Source: Camelus ferus (Eukaryota). From it: 64,000 nt of DNA. The translations under genes were made by a program, and so were the position numbers. The notes below the pieces were generated by a model that saw nothing but the letters and a program-made list of their open reading frames with translations, was not told where the DNA came from and ran no database searches. The stretch spans positions 17,238,001 to 17,302,000 of the forward strand of contig NC_045697.1 in assembly GCF_009834535.1 (NCBI RefSeq), read 5' to 3'. The stretch's first letter is position 1, and the number at the start of each line of letters is the position of its first letter. This document shows positions 1 to 12,891 of this stretch, piece by piece.

Positions 1-95
1 TCCAAATTTCTTAAATTCAGAAGACAAACTTCTATTTTGTTTAAGCCACTATTATTTGGAGTTTTATTGCAGCCAATCCTAATTCCAAATAATAT
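1..95 (+). mobile_element. 3' end of old MaLR LTR (MLT1J/K-like), truncated by window edge
   Basis: 'tattttgtttaagccactatt...ttattgcagcc...aatcctaa' resembles the MLT1 LTR 3' terminus. Confidence 0.5.
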
Positions 96-204
96 ATGTA
101 TTAATACTGAGCATACTACAAAATATTGGATTGAAAAAAGTAAGATGCAGAACAGTGTGTAACATACTACCATTGTAACAAAAAGGAAAACAAAAACATT
201 ATTC

Positions 205-378
205 TGTGGAAGCTAGCTCCCTAAGAACCATGCCTCCATTATCCATACCCTTATATAGACTCTCCCCACATTGAATCTGAACTTGTCATATGACTGACTT
301 AAACAAGTAGAATGTGGAGAAAGTGACACTGTGCCAATTTCTAGCCTAAGCATTAAGAAGGCCTGGCAGCTTCTGCCA
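205..378 (+). mobile_element. MaLR LTR 5' fragment (MLT1F/G/H-like)
   Basis: 'ctccccacattgaatctg...tgactgactt...agaatgtggagaaagtgacactgtgccaatttctagcctaagc' is typical of the MLT1F-H 5' half. Confidence 0.6.
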
Positions 379-684
379 AGATGTTCTTTGCAAATAAATA
401 AATAAATAAATCCAATTATAGGGGGACATTTACTTTATGGAATTTCTTTATTCACATATATTATACAGCATGATTGGAAAATGCATATTATATAGAAAGA
501 AAATGATAGCATCCAATTATACTCATATGGAATATGATGTCTACTTTGCAAAAATGCACAGGAAAAAGGACTTGAATGAATTACATAAACAGTATTAATA
601 CTGCTTGTCCCTTGTGATAGAATGATGGTCAATTTATGGGGGCTCTTGTGTTCTTTCCAAATTTCTTACAAAAAGCATGCTTTA

Positions 685-1400
685 CTTTTAATTTCAATAA
701 TTCTGTTTTTATTTCTAGATGTTCTCCTTGGGTCTTTTTGAATCTTTCTAGGCTTTTCAATAAACATTTGGGACATGCAGTAGTCTGTCCTTATCTGCAG
801 TTTCACTCTCTGTGGTGTTAGTTTCCAGCTGTCAAACGTGGTTCAAAAAAATTAAATGAAAATTTCAGAGATCAACAATTCATAAGTTTTAAAACTACAC
901 GCCTTTCTGAGTAACAAGATGGACTCTTGCACCATCCAGCCCCGTCCTGCTCAGAATGTGAATCATCCCTTTGTCCAGCATATCTGCACTGCATATGACA
1001 CCCGCTCATCAGTGTCAGAAGAAAACATAGTATATTTAGGGTTCAGTACTATCTGCAGCTGCAGGCATTCACTGGGGGTCTTGGAATGTATCCCCCATGG
1101 ATGAGGGGGGACAATTGTATGTTATTTGGGATTAGTCAATTCTTCTGCTCATGTTTTCAGTTCTACTATTTCACTGAACATTTTTCTCTTATTTTATGAA
1201 GTATTACCATAACTTCAATGCTTGAAGTACTTAAGAATCTCATTCTGCTATCTGTTGTTTCCCTTGACTCTTACATACATAACAACTAAATTCTTCATGT
1301 GTTTGTGATTCCAGATTGTGAGATCACATGAGACTAATCTGAAACTATGGAGATGCTGTAAGGTCTAGGATAAAGGTGCATTTCTCCAGCAAGCATTTGC
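685..1400 (-). mobile_element. highly decayed L1M/HAL1-like remnant, interrupted by MER44
   Basis: T-rich stretches ('tttttatttctagatgttct...ggtctttt', 'ctgctatctgttgtttc...gactct') on both sides of the MER44 element; weak resemblance only. Confidence 0.3.
778..1117. mobile_element. MER44A-like TcMar-Tigger MITE, full length
   Basis: 340 bp with imperfect TIRs cagtagtctgtccttatc...gatgaggggggacaattg, followed by TA. Internal 'gtgaatcatccctttgtccagc' and 'gggggtcttggaatgtatcccc' match recalled MER44. Confidence 0.8.
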
Positions 1401-1619
1401 ATCCATATCTTCCAGGCACTCTGAGCACCACCAATCCAGGACCTCTAAAGTTAAGATCTCATCCAGATTGCTCAGGGAGTATAAATTCAACCCCAACACC
1501 AAAGGAGGGCAGGGCTGTTGTTAAAATTTGGGGAAGAAGACATTTTTCCCCTAGTGAGAGCTAAGTCTAACATATCTCTCTTAGACAAAAGGAAGGGAGT
1601 TTTCCCTAATTCACTTTTT

Positions 1620-1767
1620 TTAATTTTTAGCACTTTTTTTTTTTTTTTGCAGGGGGAAGGGATATTTAGATTTATTTATTGTTTATTTAACAGAGGAACT
1701 GGAGATTGAACCCAGGACCTCATTCATGCTAGGCATGCACTCTACCACCAAGCTACACTCTCCCTCA
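1620..1767 (-). mobile_element. camelid tRNA-Ala-derived SINE (Vic-1-like)
   Basis: Reverse complement gives a tRNA-like head with A/B boxes and an A-rich tail. TSD ctaaYtcacttttt at 1606-1619 and 1768-1781. Confidence 0.9.
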
Positions 1768-2714
1768 CTAACTCACTTTTTCATGGAAGGTGTAGTCCTT
1801 TGAGCGCCCCAGCTTTACAGTAGGGTCTCAGTTGCAACTTCCCAAATTGCACAGGCCCAAAGACCAGTTTCTGGTCCCCAGCACAGTAGTCAAAGAATCT
1901 AATTTTCTGCCCTTAGCAAACACCCTCAGGGCAAAGTCTCAGCTTATCCATCACACCCACTTCCCATGATACCCTGGAAACTGTTACCCCTTTTTTGCAG
2001 ATATCATTTTAAAATGTTAGTTAGACTTTACCCAGCATTCTTAGGTTATCTGAGCAGGAAGATTTATTAGAGTATCTGGTCTACCCATCATATGGCTAGA
2101 AGTGGAAACTTGGAATGATATTTCTTTTACAATAAAAAAAAAAATTAAGTACTAAAGAACCTATCCTTATAAAATGGGGAGAGTCTCACCTATTGACTTT
2201 CTGAAAACTTCCCTGACAGGGGAAGTTCATAAAAATTTTTTGGCATTGAGAGGCAACTCCAAGAAAAATCCCTGCACCCCAATGAGACTGAAACTAACTC
2301 TTAATTCACTACCAAAGTGAAAGGACATTATATATAAGTCAAGAACTTCCACAGGTGACCAGAGAAAGCAGGGTATAGGAGAATATCAAGGTGCCAGAAC
2401 ATAGTAGGTGCTCATTAAATAACTATATTAACCAAATAAAAATATTCATGCCCACTAGGCAATATTTTGGAAGTGGGCACTAGCAGAGTTTCAATAATCT
2501 GACATTTTTCATATCCTATTAGTCTAAGCATAGACACGTTTATACAAAAGGAGTATCTTCAAATATTCCATGGAGCAATCCTTAAATATTCAAAAAGCTA
2601 AAATCCATCTTCCCCTTTCCCTCAGTTGTAACTATTGCTAAGCAATGATATTTCCACAACATGTGCCTTAATTTGTAGGTGGCTAATTTACAGAAATCTT
2701 CATTTTATGTTCTA

Positions 2715-2790
2715 ATGTGAGAATTAAATGAGATGATTGATTCAGGCAAAGCACATCAGACTTAGCACATAGTAAGAGCTAACATGTTAC
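2715..2790 (+). mobile_element. MIR 3' fragment
   Basis: 'gtgagaattaaatgagatgat...aaagcac...gcacatagtaagagct'. Confidence 0.5.
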
Positions 2791-3266
2791 GACGACGGTG
2801 GGGAGGATGATGATGATGATAAATGATCTTTAAAAGCATCTATGTAAAATGTGAGGTAGATATGCCAAGTGACTGAACACTGAAATCAATGCAGAACAAG
2901 TGGAGCATTCTTTGTTTTGGACTTAAAACTGCAGACAGAGGGGCATGGGTCAAGGCTGTTTACCTATATCTAGAGCATCTGAAAAGGCATCAGGTGTAAG
3001 CAGGAAATTAATAAATATTCCATATTTACAGTAAAGGTTAGTATTGCCACGAGGGTATCACAGTCTCATGAGGGCAACTCATAAGCCTAAGGTTTCAAAT
3101 TTCTAGCATGAGGCCAAGATGGACATGTGTACTCATGAGTCTGAGATCTCTGAAGATCTCCCCACAACCAGTGCTCTCAGGCCCTGCTGCTTACCGCTGC
3201 AGAAAGGGAGATCCACACTCATCTTCAGAGCTGAGAATGAAGGTTATTATTTGCTCTGCACTTTCT

Positions 3267-3580
3267 GTTACCAGGGGCTGGGGAGGGGGCAGTGGGGAGT
3301 TACTAATCACTAGGCATAAAGTTTCAGTCAAGCAAGATGACTAAGCTCTAGAGATCTCCTCTCTAGCACTGGACCCACAGTCAAGCATAACATATTACAC
3401 ACTTAAAAGTTTGTTAAGTGGAGAGGGTATAGCTCAGTGGTAGAAAGCACGCTTAGCATGCACAAGGTCCTGCGTCCAATTCCCAGTACCTCCATTAAAA
3501 AAATAATAATAAAGACAACTTAAAAAAAAAAAGTTTGTTAAGTGGGTAGATCCTAAATGAAGTGTTCTTACTATAAAGTA
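3267..3580 (+). mobile_element. L1MA/MB-type 3' UTR end, split by a SINE
   Basis: 'gttaccaggggctgggg...aaagtttcagtcaagcaagatgactaagctctagagatct...acttaaaagtttgttaag' resumes after the SINE as 'gtagatcctaaatgaagtgttctta'. Confidence 0.75.
3421..3530 (+). mobile_element. camelid tRNA-Ala-derived SINE (short-tail form)
   Basis: gagggtatagctcagtggtaga...gcttagcatgcacaaggtcctg...cccagtacctcca plus A-rich tail. Perfect 17-bp TSD aaaagtttgttaagtgg (3405-3421, 3529-3545). Confidence 0.92.
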
Positions 3581-3854
3581 GCAAATAAACAATTAAAAAT
3601 TTAATATCTTTTTTATGGCTAAAATAAATATAAAAATTCAAGCAATTAAAACATTAGGAAAAAAATTTTAATATATATCTGGAATTGAAAAGGGTGATGG
3701 ATTTCCAAGCTTAAGTGATAGGAAGAAATTCTAAAGACAGGAGTACATACTTGATAGCACAAATTAAAATTTTCCATTTGAAAAAATACATATTTATGAA
3801 GCACATACTATGTGCCAAGTTTGATGCTATTATCCCGCCCCATCAGGGAAGGAG

Positions 3855-4078
3855 TCGGTAGAATGATTAAAAGCACAGATCTCTGGGATCTGTCTGCCTG
3901 GGCTGGAATCCCAGCTTTGTCATTTACCTTGAGCAAAGCTGGTTAATCTAAGACTCAGCGTCCCAGCCTTCAAACAGGCACGACAATCACAGCCAAGCCA
4001 CAGAGCTGAGGTGGCCACAGCTGAATTGGTATATGTGCCCGGAACACAGTAAATGTTATGTAAGTCTTAGCTATTACT
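3855..4078 (+). mobile_element. MIR
   Basis: 'ctgcctgggctggaatcccagctttgtcatttaccttgagcaa...cacagtaaatg...ttagctattactat'. Confidence 0.6.
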
Positions 4079-4175
4079 ATCCCTACCTTCCAGATGAAGA
4101 ATCTCGGGTTCACAGCAGTCAAATGTCTTAGCTCATAAGAAGCAGAGCTGGGACTTGAACCCAGGCAAGTCCAAC
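4079..4175 (-). mobile_element. MIR fragment
   Basis: 'cagatgaagaatctcgggttcacag...gcagagctgggacttgaacccaggca'. Confidence 0.55.
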
Positions 4176-4283
4176 TTGAGACACTCAACAGAAAGCAGAA
4201 ACATGACACACAAACCCTCTCCCTGGCAGCTCTGAAGCCTCTCCTTCATAAGTAAGTAGTCTCCCTCTGCCGCAGGCAAGGGC

Positions 4284-4495
4284 GGGACTGCCAGATTTGC
4301 AGGTACTAACTACCATATATAAGGTAGAGAGTCCACAGGGTCCTACTGTAGAGCACAGGGAACCATATTCAATAACTTGTAATAGCCTATAATGAAAACG
4401 AATATGAAGAGGAATATATATATGTATAACTAAATTGCTATGCTGTATACCAGAAACTAACACAACATTGCAAAAAACAAAAACAAAAATAAATG
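4284..4495 (+). mobile_element. 5'-truncated young (artiodactyl/camelid-type) L1 3' UTR
   Basis: 'agatttgcaggtactaactaccatatataa...agcacagggaaccatattcaata...atgctgtataccagaaactaacacaacattg' plus A-rich tail; homologous to the copies at 17265, 38825 and 40709. Confidence 0.85.
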
Positions 4496-4899
4496 CATTG
4501 GAAAATTTTTAAAAAGAATTCTATTTGGTGGAGTGGGAAAAGACTAGACCAAGGGGAGGTCAGTCCTCCTGGCCCGCCCCACTCTTGACCTGCCTCAGCC
4601 TAGCAGTTTTGAAATGGGGGATGTGGACAAACGGCTGAGAGGTGGAGAGAGAGAAGCCACAAGCCTCTCGCACTCAGCAACTGCTGCTGTGTTCAGATTC
4701 CCTGGCCACGGATGCAGCCAATGGTGAGAAGTAGAAGGGGATATGTCTCCCCACCAATGCATGTGCTGTTTGAGAGCCCAACCAACAGTAAAAGACACTT
4801 CCAGATACCAGGTACCATGCTGGGCACTTCAAAGGAACTTCATCTGATTCCCATGGCAACCTGCAGAGGCAGGTGCCACCCCATTGCCCTCTGCACACG

Positions 4900-5000
4900 A
4901 GGAACTTGAGGATTCATGAGGTCAGGTAAATTGCCTCAGGGCACCCAGTTAGACAGCAGAGCCAGGCTAAGCCCAGAGCCTGGTCATAATCCATCTAACC
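4900..5000 (-). mobile_element. MIR fragment
   Basis: 'gaggaacttgaggga...ggtaaattgcctcagggcacccagttag...cagagccagg'. Confidence 0.5.
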
Positions 5001-5008
5001 ACACTCTC

Positions 5009-5336
5009 TGCTGTAGACTGAATGTTTGTGACTACCACCCTCCCACGCCCAATTCATACACTGAAACCTGATGGTATTAGGAGGTGGACCTTTGGGAGGT
5101 CATAGGGTGGGACTCTCATGAATAAGGTATAGGAGACCTCAGGGAGCTCCCTCATCCCTTCTGCCATGTGTGGACTCAGCTGGAAAGTCTGTCTTGGAAC
5201 TAGGAAGTGGGCTCTTACCAAACACACAGTCTGCCAGTGCCTTGATCTTGGACTTCCCAGCCCCCAGAACTGGGAGAAATAAATGTCTGATGTTTAAAAC
5301 ACCCAGTCTAATGGTGTTCTGTGACAGACTAAGACA
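5009..5336 (+). mobile_element. MLT1A-type MaLR solo LTR
   Basis: TG...CA ends (tgctgtagactgaatgtttgtg...gactaagaca); core 'ccttgatcttggacttcccagcccccagaactgggagaaataaatg'. Confidence 0.85.
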
Positions 5337-5581
5337 CCGCTCCAACAGTGCGCACCAGCCATGATGAATGCGGTAAAGTGGCCTAGGCTGTGATCACAAC
5401 AAGCTTCTCTTTCCTGGAGGACTGGTGACACAGCCCTCTGGTCAAAGACTTTGGAGCCAAAGACACCGAAATCTGAGTTCCACTCCCCCTTGCTCTGCAC
5501 TCACCGAGTAACTTTGGGTCAATCATTTGTAACAACCACAATGGATTGAGAAGTCCTGCAAGCTCTACACTGTGCTCAGTG

Positions 5582-5750
5582 TTAGACTGTAAGCCCCATG
5601 AGGGCAGGAACAGGGTCTGTCACATTTACTAATGTATCCTCAGAGCCAGTGCAGTGCCTGGCTCTTGGTAGGGACTGAAAAAATATTTGTAGAGTAAATA
5701 AATGATGAATGGGTGATTGGATGAATGACTGACTGAATGAATGAATGAAA
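5582..5750 (+). mobile_element. L2 3' end
   Basis: 'tagactgtaagccccatgagggcagg...gtgcctggc...aatatttgt' plus (TGAA)n tail. Confidence 0.8.
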
Positions 5751-5761
5751 ATATTCTCTCT

Positions 5762-5920
5762 AGTCCTTATAACCACTCTGTAAAGTAAAATTTTAATCCC
5801 CTGTATGCAGGGAGAAAAATTAAGTTCAGAGAGGTTGCACCCCTATTCAAGGTCACATAGTGAATGAGTTACAGCTGGGACTCAAACCCAGCATCTCTAG
5901 CTCCCAAATCATAGTCTTTC
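5762..5920 (-). mobile_element. MIR
   Basis: 'aagttcagagaggtt...tcaaggtcacatag...gctgggactcaaacccagcatct'. Confidence 0.7.
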
Positions 5921-7169
5921 CTCTGTATTTCTTTTCCCAGAAGGAGACATGCCACTCTCCTACCTCACAGGGCTATTGTGAAAATCAAATGGATAAGGTG
6001 TATGAATGTGTTTGGCAAACTCTGCACTTGAAAAGGTTGATAACTGATTTTAACACAGAATCAAAGCCTAAAGCCAAAACTGCACAACTTAAGCGGAGTT
6101 TCAAGCTCTGAGGGAAAAATAAAAGGGTGTATTTGAGGGACAAGAGAGTTGTCGCTGGCTTTGAAATCAAATCTTACTGCGTGCACGCTGCCACCTTCTC
6201 AGGAGGTGGGTGGTGAACAGCATTCTCAGATTTGGAACTGCAGAGTTGCAAAATTATGCAAAGGGCACCAAAACAACCTTCCACCCAATGCGGGACCCTC
6301 GACAGATTGTCACCTCAGTGCTGATGGAACAAAAAAGTGACAGCTTCACACCAGGAAGAGGAATACTAGGGGTGGGGCTCAGAACCCACTGCATAAATAC
6401 AGCCTGCTGCATACATCCCTGCCCAGAAGGTCTCATGTGCCAGAGCTGTTTTTAGATTGCTGGGTGATCTGTCTAACCTGTAACTTCCATGGTTAAATCA
6501 AATGATTTAATTAAGCTTCTGCAGTAAATTAGAATTTAGCAACACCTTATATCTAAGAAGTTTTCAACACCACAATCATCTCTATTTCTTACAGTAGCCT
6601 TATCCTCATTTTCCTAATAAGAACCTATATTCAGCACAGAAATTTGCCCAATAAAATCAGAAAATTAAAGCCGAAATGCAAAAGTAAATGCTGGCTAGAT
6701 TTCTACCTTCATATTCATTACCCTCCCTGCAAAAGTGGCTTAAAACAGATCAGAAAATAGAACATAACTGAATAAACTAATAGCCTTGAAAGCCTTTTTA
6801 AGAACACAAGTAGAATATCGGCCTACAGTGGCTAGTAAAGTAAAAATCTAAGTCTCCAGGTCCTAAGTCATCAGGATTGGAGACCTACAGGAGACCATCT
6901 TTTTGCGAAAAACTGAAAAATTGCCAACATTTTTTTAACACTGAAAAATCACGGCAATGGAAAAATGAAAAGATTATTTTAAAAACAGATTCAAGAATGC
7001 TACTCCCAGGGCAGGGAAGCACCCAAATCCCTCGTCTCTCCCAGATTCAGCAGGGAGGGCAACTCAAAGCTTTCTGGGCCCAAAGCTGGCAACTTAAATG
7101 AGTGATTTGGTCATGAGGATGTGGGCCGTGCCAAAGTCTGATGGAGTAGCCTTACCTTGATGGGACACT

Positions 7170-7310
7170 GGCTTGGGTTGCCAGATTTTATGGTATTTTT
7201 TTAAAAAGAAGCCAGAGGTCCTTTCTTTTTCAGGGTGAGGGTAAAATGTTCTGATTTTTCAATGTCAAATTTATGGCCAAGCACATGCAAGCTGCCAATT
7301 TGCAACTGTG
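7170..7310. mobile_element. hAT-Charlie remnant (MER102/MER103-like)
   Basis: 'gggttgccagatt...aaaagaagccaga...gatttttcaatgt...ccaatttgcaac'; decayed. Confidence 0.4.
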
Positions 7311-7417
7311 ACCTTTCCCCTCCTGCATGACATCACAGTACCCCACAAAAAGCCCAGATGACACCCTGAGGCCCTGTTCTCAATCCTTCACTTCCCAGTT
7401 AAACACATTTTCAAAAG

Positions 7418-7520
7418 GTCACTGAAATGTCTCTGGGCCTCAGTTTCCTTATCTGCAAAATGGACCTAATGATGTCTGTCTTGTTTATTACAAGTAATTT
7501 TCCCCATGAATCAAATAAAG
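7418..7520 (+). mobile_element. MIR core fragment
   Basis: 'tctctgggcctcagtttccttatctgcaaaatgg'. Confidence 0.6.
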
Positions 7521-8295
7521 TAAGCTTTCAAAAGCAAGGGCCATTCATCTTTATGTCTCCAGGGCCTGTGCTCCATCAAAATAAAATAAAATAAAATATA
7601 GATTAAAAGTTTGTTGAACAGAAAAGCACTCTGAAAATGGTGAAGCATCTCTCAAAGGTGAAATGTCACGCCATAAATGACAGTCCTCAAATCTTTTAAA
7701 GTTGTGTAGAAAGTTTTTATGTGGCATGTTCCCAGAAAACAATGTATTTCCCCTCCCCACCAAAAAGCTCTCCCAACAAAAGTAATTGACAGTATCCGTT
7801 TAGTAACTTAGAGAGGAAGACAGAGAGAGAGAAGAGAGAGTGTGCTTTTATGCAAATCTGATTTCCCTGTAATAATCTAGAGCTATTCTGCTGGAAGGAA
7901 TTATCTCTGCAGGCTGGCAGCTGTGGTAGGCAGTGAATTAAAAATGGCTCTGTCTATGGGAAAATCTGTTCTGTAATCAGTGCTATTCTTGGAGGGGACA
8001 TCAATCGAGTCCGGCTCCCATGATGCTCCACTTGTGTGAACGACATACAAGCATGAGGTAGAAACTCTCATGACATCATGGCTTAGGATTCTGCCCGCCT
8101 GAGAATTCGCATCACCACCCTGAGATGGGTGGAAACGGACCTAATGGTGGCCTCCAACCAGCCAGTGTGGCCAATACCCTTAGTTTAGGTAAATTAATAA
8201 TAATAATAATAAAAACAAATCTTTCAATAATGGTTTATTCAACTCCACTCTAATGAACGGCCCAGTCTTAGGGTTATTACAAGGTTTCTGCATGT

Positions 8296-8385
8296 TTCCT
8301 TTTCTTCCTCCCCTCCCTTCTTCCCTTCCTTTCTTCCTTCCCTCTTTCCTTTGCTCCTTCCTTCCTTCCTTCCTTTTCCTCCCTG
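8296..8385. repeat. pyrimidine-rich (CCTT)n-like low-complexity tract
   Basis: About 90 bp of almost pure C/T. Confidence 0.85.
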
Positions 8386-10114
8386 CTGTCCTCATACACG
8401 GTACAAGCCTCTATTCCCAAGTCACAAGACACCAGGCAAGGAAATGCTTTTCAAGGGTTCTTTGTCCAGGGGAAAGGTACATGCCACAGAAAAGTATTTT
8501 AAAGATAAGTGACCACCACAGTGCTTTACATAAAATGTCATCGTGTTCTTAATGAGACAACTGTTTGGTCATTAAAAATGCCCTGGCCCTGAGTGGTTAA
8601 TTTTTTCAAGTTAACTTGAAGTCTCCGCACAACAGCCTCAGCCTTCACCCCACAAAAAAAATTAGGCTGCAGGTGAATAAAGCCACTATATGCCTCCAAG
8701 TGAATCCTATCTCCTTCATCGGACCCTGGGAACTTCTTGGGAATCTGTGTCCCTGGGTTACACCTGAGGCGTCTGTCCTTTCCCTGAGTCATACACACCA
8801 TCACTGTGTCTGCTCGGGGGATATCAGGATGTCAAAAAATTAAACTGTGGCTGGGTGTGCATGTGCACTTATCTCCCTGTCCTTATAATAGGGTGTGAAC
8901 GTACCCTGATTTAAGTCACTCAGTGTCCTTTAAAATCACCAACAGCAATGCTAGGAATGCCAAGAAACTGTATCTTCTAAACTGGAACTAGTCTCCCCTT
9001 TCAAGCAGTGTTAAGAAACTGGCTTCATCAACGTGCAACGCCCACAAGCCTAGAGACCCACACAGCTGGGTGCACACAGGCACACAGGGGAGGGTCAGGG
9101 TCTCCAGAATGTTAAGTCCTCCAGGGAGGACAGAGCTGGCTCCATTCAGCCCGCAACAGGGCAGGACTACCTGCTTGAGACAGTGGAGAACAGCCTTGTT
9201 GAAAGGACATGGAAGCCACTCTGGACCACGTGAGACTGGGCATTCCCACCAAGACGGCTCCAAATAGCACCACGCAGATGCAAGAAGCTCTGCTGTGTCC
9301 TTCAGAAAGGTTCCTTGGAGAAAGGGAAGTATTTCTGCTACCTGACTGTGCCCCACAAGGCTCCACCGTCCAGCCCTTGTGGTTCATTCTCACGCAGCCT
9401 CATTGCTTTGTGCTTATGGTTTCTATTCTTTCGAGGCAATTTTTTTTTTCCCCAGCTATAGCAGCCCTAGATACAGGGCATCCCCAGGCCTGCACCTGTC
9501 TTTCAGCCCAACTCCACACCCTCTGAGGCTCTGGAAGGCTCCAAAGTCCCGATGAAAGGCACAAAAGCTCGCCTACATTATCACTCCAGTAGGGAGGCAA
9601 ACTGGATGGCCCTTCAGGGTTAATTTAAAAGACAGCTGCATCCATTTTGCTCATTACTCTTCATGTATAAACTGCAAATTGCATTTGAAAATATTTTCTT
9701 TAAAATAAAATTGTCGTTTCTGAGCCTCCTGCAGGCACCCAGGGCCTGGGTAAAGCAAGGAGCACAAATGTAAGTAAGCCAGGGGGTGTCACCGAGCATC
9801 CTTCACGGAAAGAGCAGGCCACACCCCACCGACCCTAGTGCATGACGGATAATGCAAACAGGGGATGTTAGTGTTAAAGAAGTCGGGAAGCTGGGGCAGA
9901 ATCTGCCTCACAAGCCTTGGAATTCAGTCTAGTGACTCTGGATTTTAAAAAGAGGCAACAAAATGTGTGAACCCCTCATTTTGTCCTCCTTTTCACCTCG
10001 TTCTCTTTCTCATGGGTTGGTTCCCCCCAGGAGTCCTGAAAATGAGAATTAATCCCTTTTGTGGATGCAAATTCATCAGAAGGCATTTACTCTCCGGATG
10101 TCAGGCACTGGGGG

Positions 10115-10245
10115 GTATTGCCTCAGTTTCCTTCTCTGGAAAATGGGGACGATCGTAAATACCTCTTTTATAGGACTGGTATGAGAAATAAATCAGTTGA
10201 TTCATGGAAAGTAACTGATACGATGTCTGGCTCATGGTTAGCACA
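10115..10245 (+). mobile_element. MIR
   Basis: 'gcctcagtttccttctctggaaaatgggga...tgagaaataaat...tctggctcatggttagcac'. Confidence 0.65.
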
Positions 10246-10402
10246 TGGCAAATGCAGACACAGATATGGAAATCGAGACATTCCATTTCCTGAGCCTGCA
10301 AAACAGGAGGCAACAATTTAAAAGCTTTTTCTTAAAAGGCTCGACTGGAGTAAGGTGCTCGGACTTAACACCTGAACCCACAAGTCAGTTTTAACATCAC
10401 CA

Positions 10403-11510
10403 GAGAGAGACAAACCAGTGCTGCGCCTTCTGATGTGAGGCGGTAAGAATCACATCACCACCTACCAAAACTATAAATCCGAACTTGACCAAACTTCTGG
10501 ATATAACACTTTCCAAGAGAAAAATAAAAGAGGCAGAGAAACATCACGGATGCAAGCAGCAAAATCCAGACTGTGGTCACTTCAATAGGACAAATGACCT
10601 GCTCCTTCAACAAATAGATTTCAAGCAAAGAGTAAAAAGGGAGGGAGCATCTTAGATCAAAAGAAACTAAAAGTCATATTCCCAAATAAGCCTGATTTGG
10701 ACAAACCAAATGTAAAATACCAGTAGGTTTGATGGAGCAATTTGAACACTAACTGGATATATGTGATGTTCAGGAATGGTTCTCAATTTTTTAGTGGCTC
10801 CTCCCATTGAGAAGTAGTGTCTAATTCCCCTCCACTGACTCTGGGATGGCCCTAGTGGCTCCCTGCTCCAATGGAATGATGGAAGCAATGGCTGTAAGCT
10901 CTGAGACTAGGTCATAAGAAGACTTACAGCTTCTACCCAAGTGACCTGGCACTCTCACTCCTGAGACATTCCTCCTTGGAACCCAGCAGGCATGCTAGGA
11001 GAAGCCCAAGCCACGTGGAGAGACCATCTAAAGGAACTGAAGGGTCAACAGCCCCACCTGAGTTCCCAACAGACAATCATATGAGTGAGCCATCCTGCAT
11101 ATCCAGCCCAGTCGTATCTTCAGCTCCACCTGAAATCTGATTATAGTAGCATTAGAGACGCCAATGAAGACTGCCTGGCTGAACCCAATCAGCCCACAAA
11201 CTCACGACAGAGAACAATCAACTATTGTTTTAAGACAGTAAGATATTAAGTTTAAATGTGATTTGTTATGCAGCAAAAAAAAAAAAAAAAATCAGAAGAC
11301 TTTATCTCTTAGAAATGTAGCCTTAAGTATTTACAGAGGAAATGATATGCTGTCTAGGATTTTCAAATTAATCCAGTTGAGGTGGGGGGGAACAGTTGAT
11401 AGAAGCTTGTCCATGTGCTGCTGATCATTAAAACTGGGACACTGGATCACAGGGAGTGGTTACACTCGTCTTTCTACTCTGGAATGTTTTTGAAATATTT
11501 TCTAATGATG
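10403..11510 (+). mobile_element. L1ME-type 3' UTR, split by an MLT1 LTR
   Basis: 'cagcaaaatccagactgtgg...ggacaaatgacctg...ttcaacaaata...tttgaacactaactggatat' resumes after 11290 as 'agtatttacagaggaaatgatatg...tctttctact...tttgaaatattttctaat'. Confidence 0.65.
10795..11276 (+). mobile_element. MLT1G-like MaLR LTR
   Basis: 'ctcctcccattgagaagt...ctaggtcataagaag...ttggaacccagc...gaagcccaagccacgtggagag...tgagtgagccatc...tattgttttaag...tttgttatgcagcaa'. Confidence 0.8.
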
Positions 11511-12891
11511 GCTTTTTTAAGAGCTCTGGATTTTCCAAGACCAAGTTGCAAGACTACAGGGGAAAAGAATATTAACTATTAGGTGAGCCTATGTGGTAGG
11601 CATCATAGATGTCATTTAAATGTGCGGTGTTGATAAGTTCATTGCTACCTGTCCAACTACAGGATGTCTGTCTCAGAGAAGGTAGCAAATGGAGTTGAAA
11701 GAACCTAGAATCAAGAGTGGAGTTTAAATCCCAGCTCCACCTCCTTCAGGGCATGTTCTTCAACATCCCTGGGCTCTTCAGGTGCAAAAAATTTTTTTCC
11801 TGATGAAGTTGCCCAATTCTTAAACAGTTAAAGGAGCAATGTACCCTATAACGTGCTATTAAAAGTACAGACACTATTGTTGCCAGCTCTGATGGGAAAA
11901 TAAATCATTTATTCTCGAGGCCTTGACAATATTCTATCACTATGGATCATCTGCCTACTAGTATAAATGACATTAAATTTCTGTTCTTCTATCATGTCAT
12001 ATTCAAGAGCAGGACAGTTTTCTTCACACTGGAGGATGCATTTGGAGTGACCTGCTTAAAATGTAAGCCACACAGGGCATGTAAGTTTCACTTTGGGGGT
12101 GGGGCACATCTTGAAGAGATATGCACTCATTGCTCAGGGCCTCAGAAACATCGTGCTATGTTTGGACCAGAAAATCGGGTGTACTGTGCAGGAGAGGTCA
12201 ACCAAATTGCTTCTTGCTGTGGGCAACTCCACAGAGCACCCTGCAGAGTGTGCAGCTCAGAAACTATTTTAGGATAGTGGGATTATTCTCCCTAACAACC
12301 CCAAAGAAGCTAACAAGTCATACCTTCACCAATAAATTAAATTAATCCACAGAAATGGGTACTGCTATCTCAAGAACTAGAATTCATGTACATCTCTCTC
12401 TACATAGTGAGCAAGGAGAAAACCAAATATTGCAGCTGAAGCAGAATTCCTCCATTAACTTGCCTTTCCATTTCAATGATCTGTTACTACTGAAATGAAT
12501 TGTGAAAAAAAATTAATGAAATAATCTAATATTAAAAAGTGGCTTAAATTTGCCAATGGCTTATAGCTTTCTAATGAAATATAACGTGTTAGGTAATAGC
12601 AAATAGCAATAAAACAAATGTCAGTATAGGACAACTCCTTGCCTTTTTTCTCTACTAGATTTGAAGCTTTGTGAAGGTAGGTTTCTCGTGTGTTTAGATT
12701 TCCTACAGCATTAATGAAATGCCTCAGACTAGCACTTCCCGAAGAGCGTCTGCAGACATCCACACCACTTAATTTTACTGGTATTGGATTTGTTAATGGA
12801 CTCTGGAGTCATGCATATGTTTGGGAAAGGCTGGGTGGAATGACCTGAATCAAGTTTTTGCATTTGGTGATGGTTTTCTAATGACAAGTCT

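Noticed and set aside
3421..3495. tRNA-Ala(AGC) genes (here and at about 1690, 22155, 28827, 39075, 42258)
   Set aside because: Multiple substitutions, A-rich tails and TSDs mark them as SINE copies, not tRNA genes.
7850..7857. Octamer ATGCAAAT
   Set aside because: A single 8-mer without a proper adjacent SOX site; chance occurrence expected.
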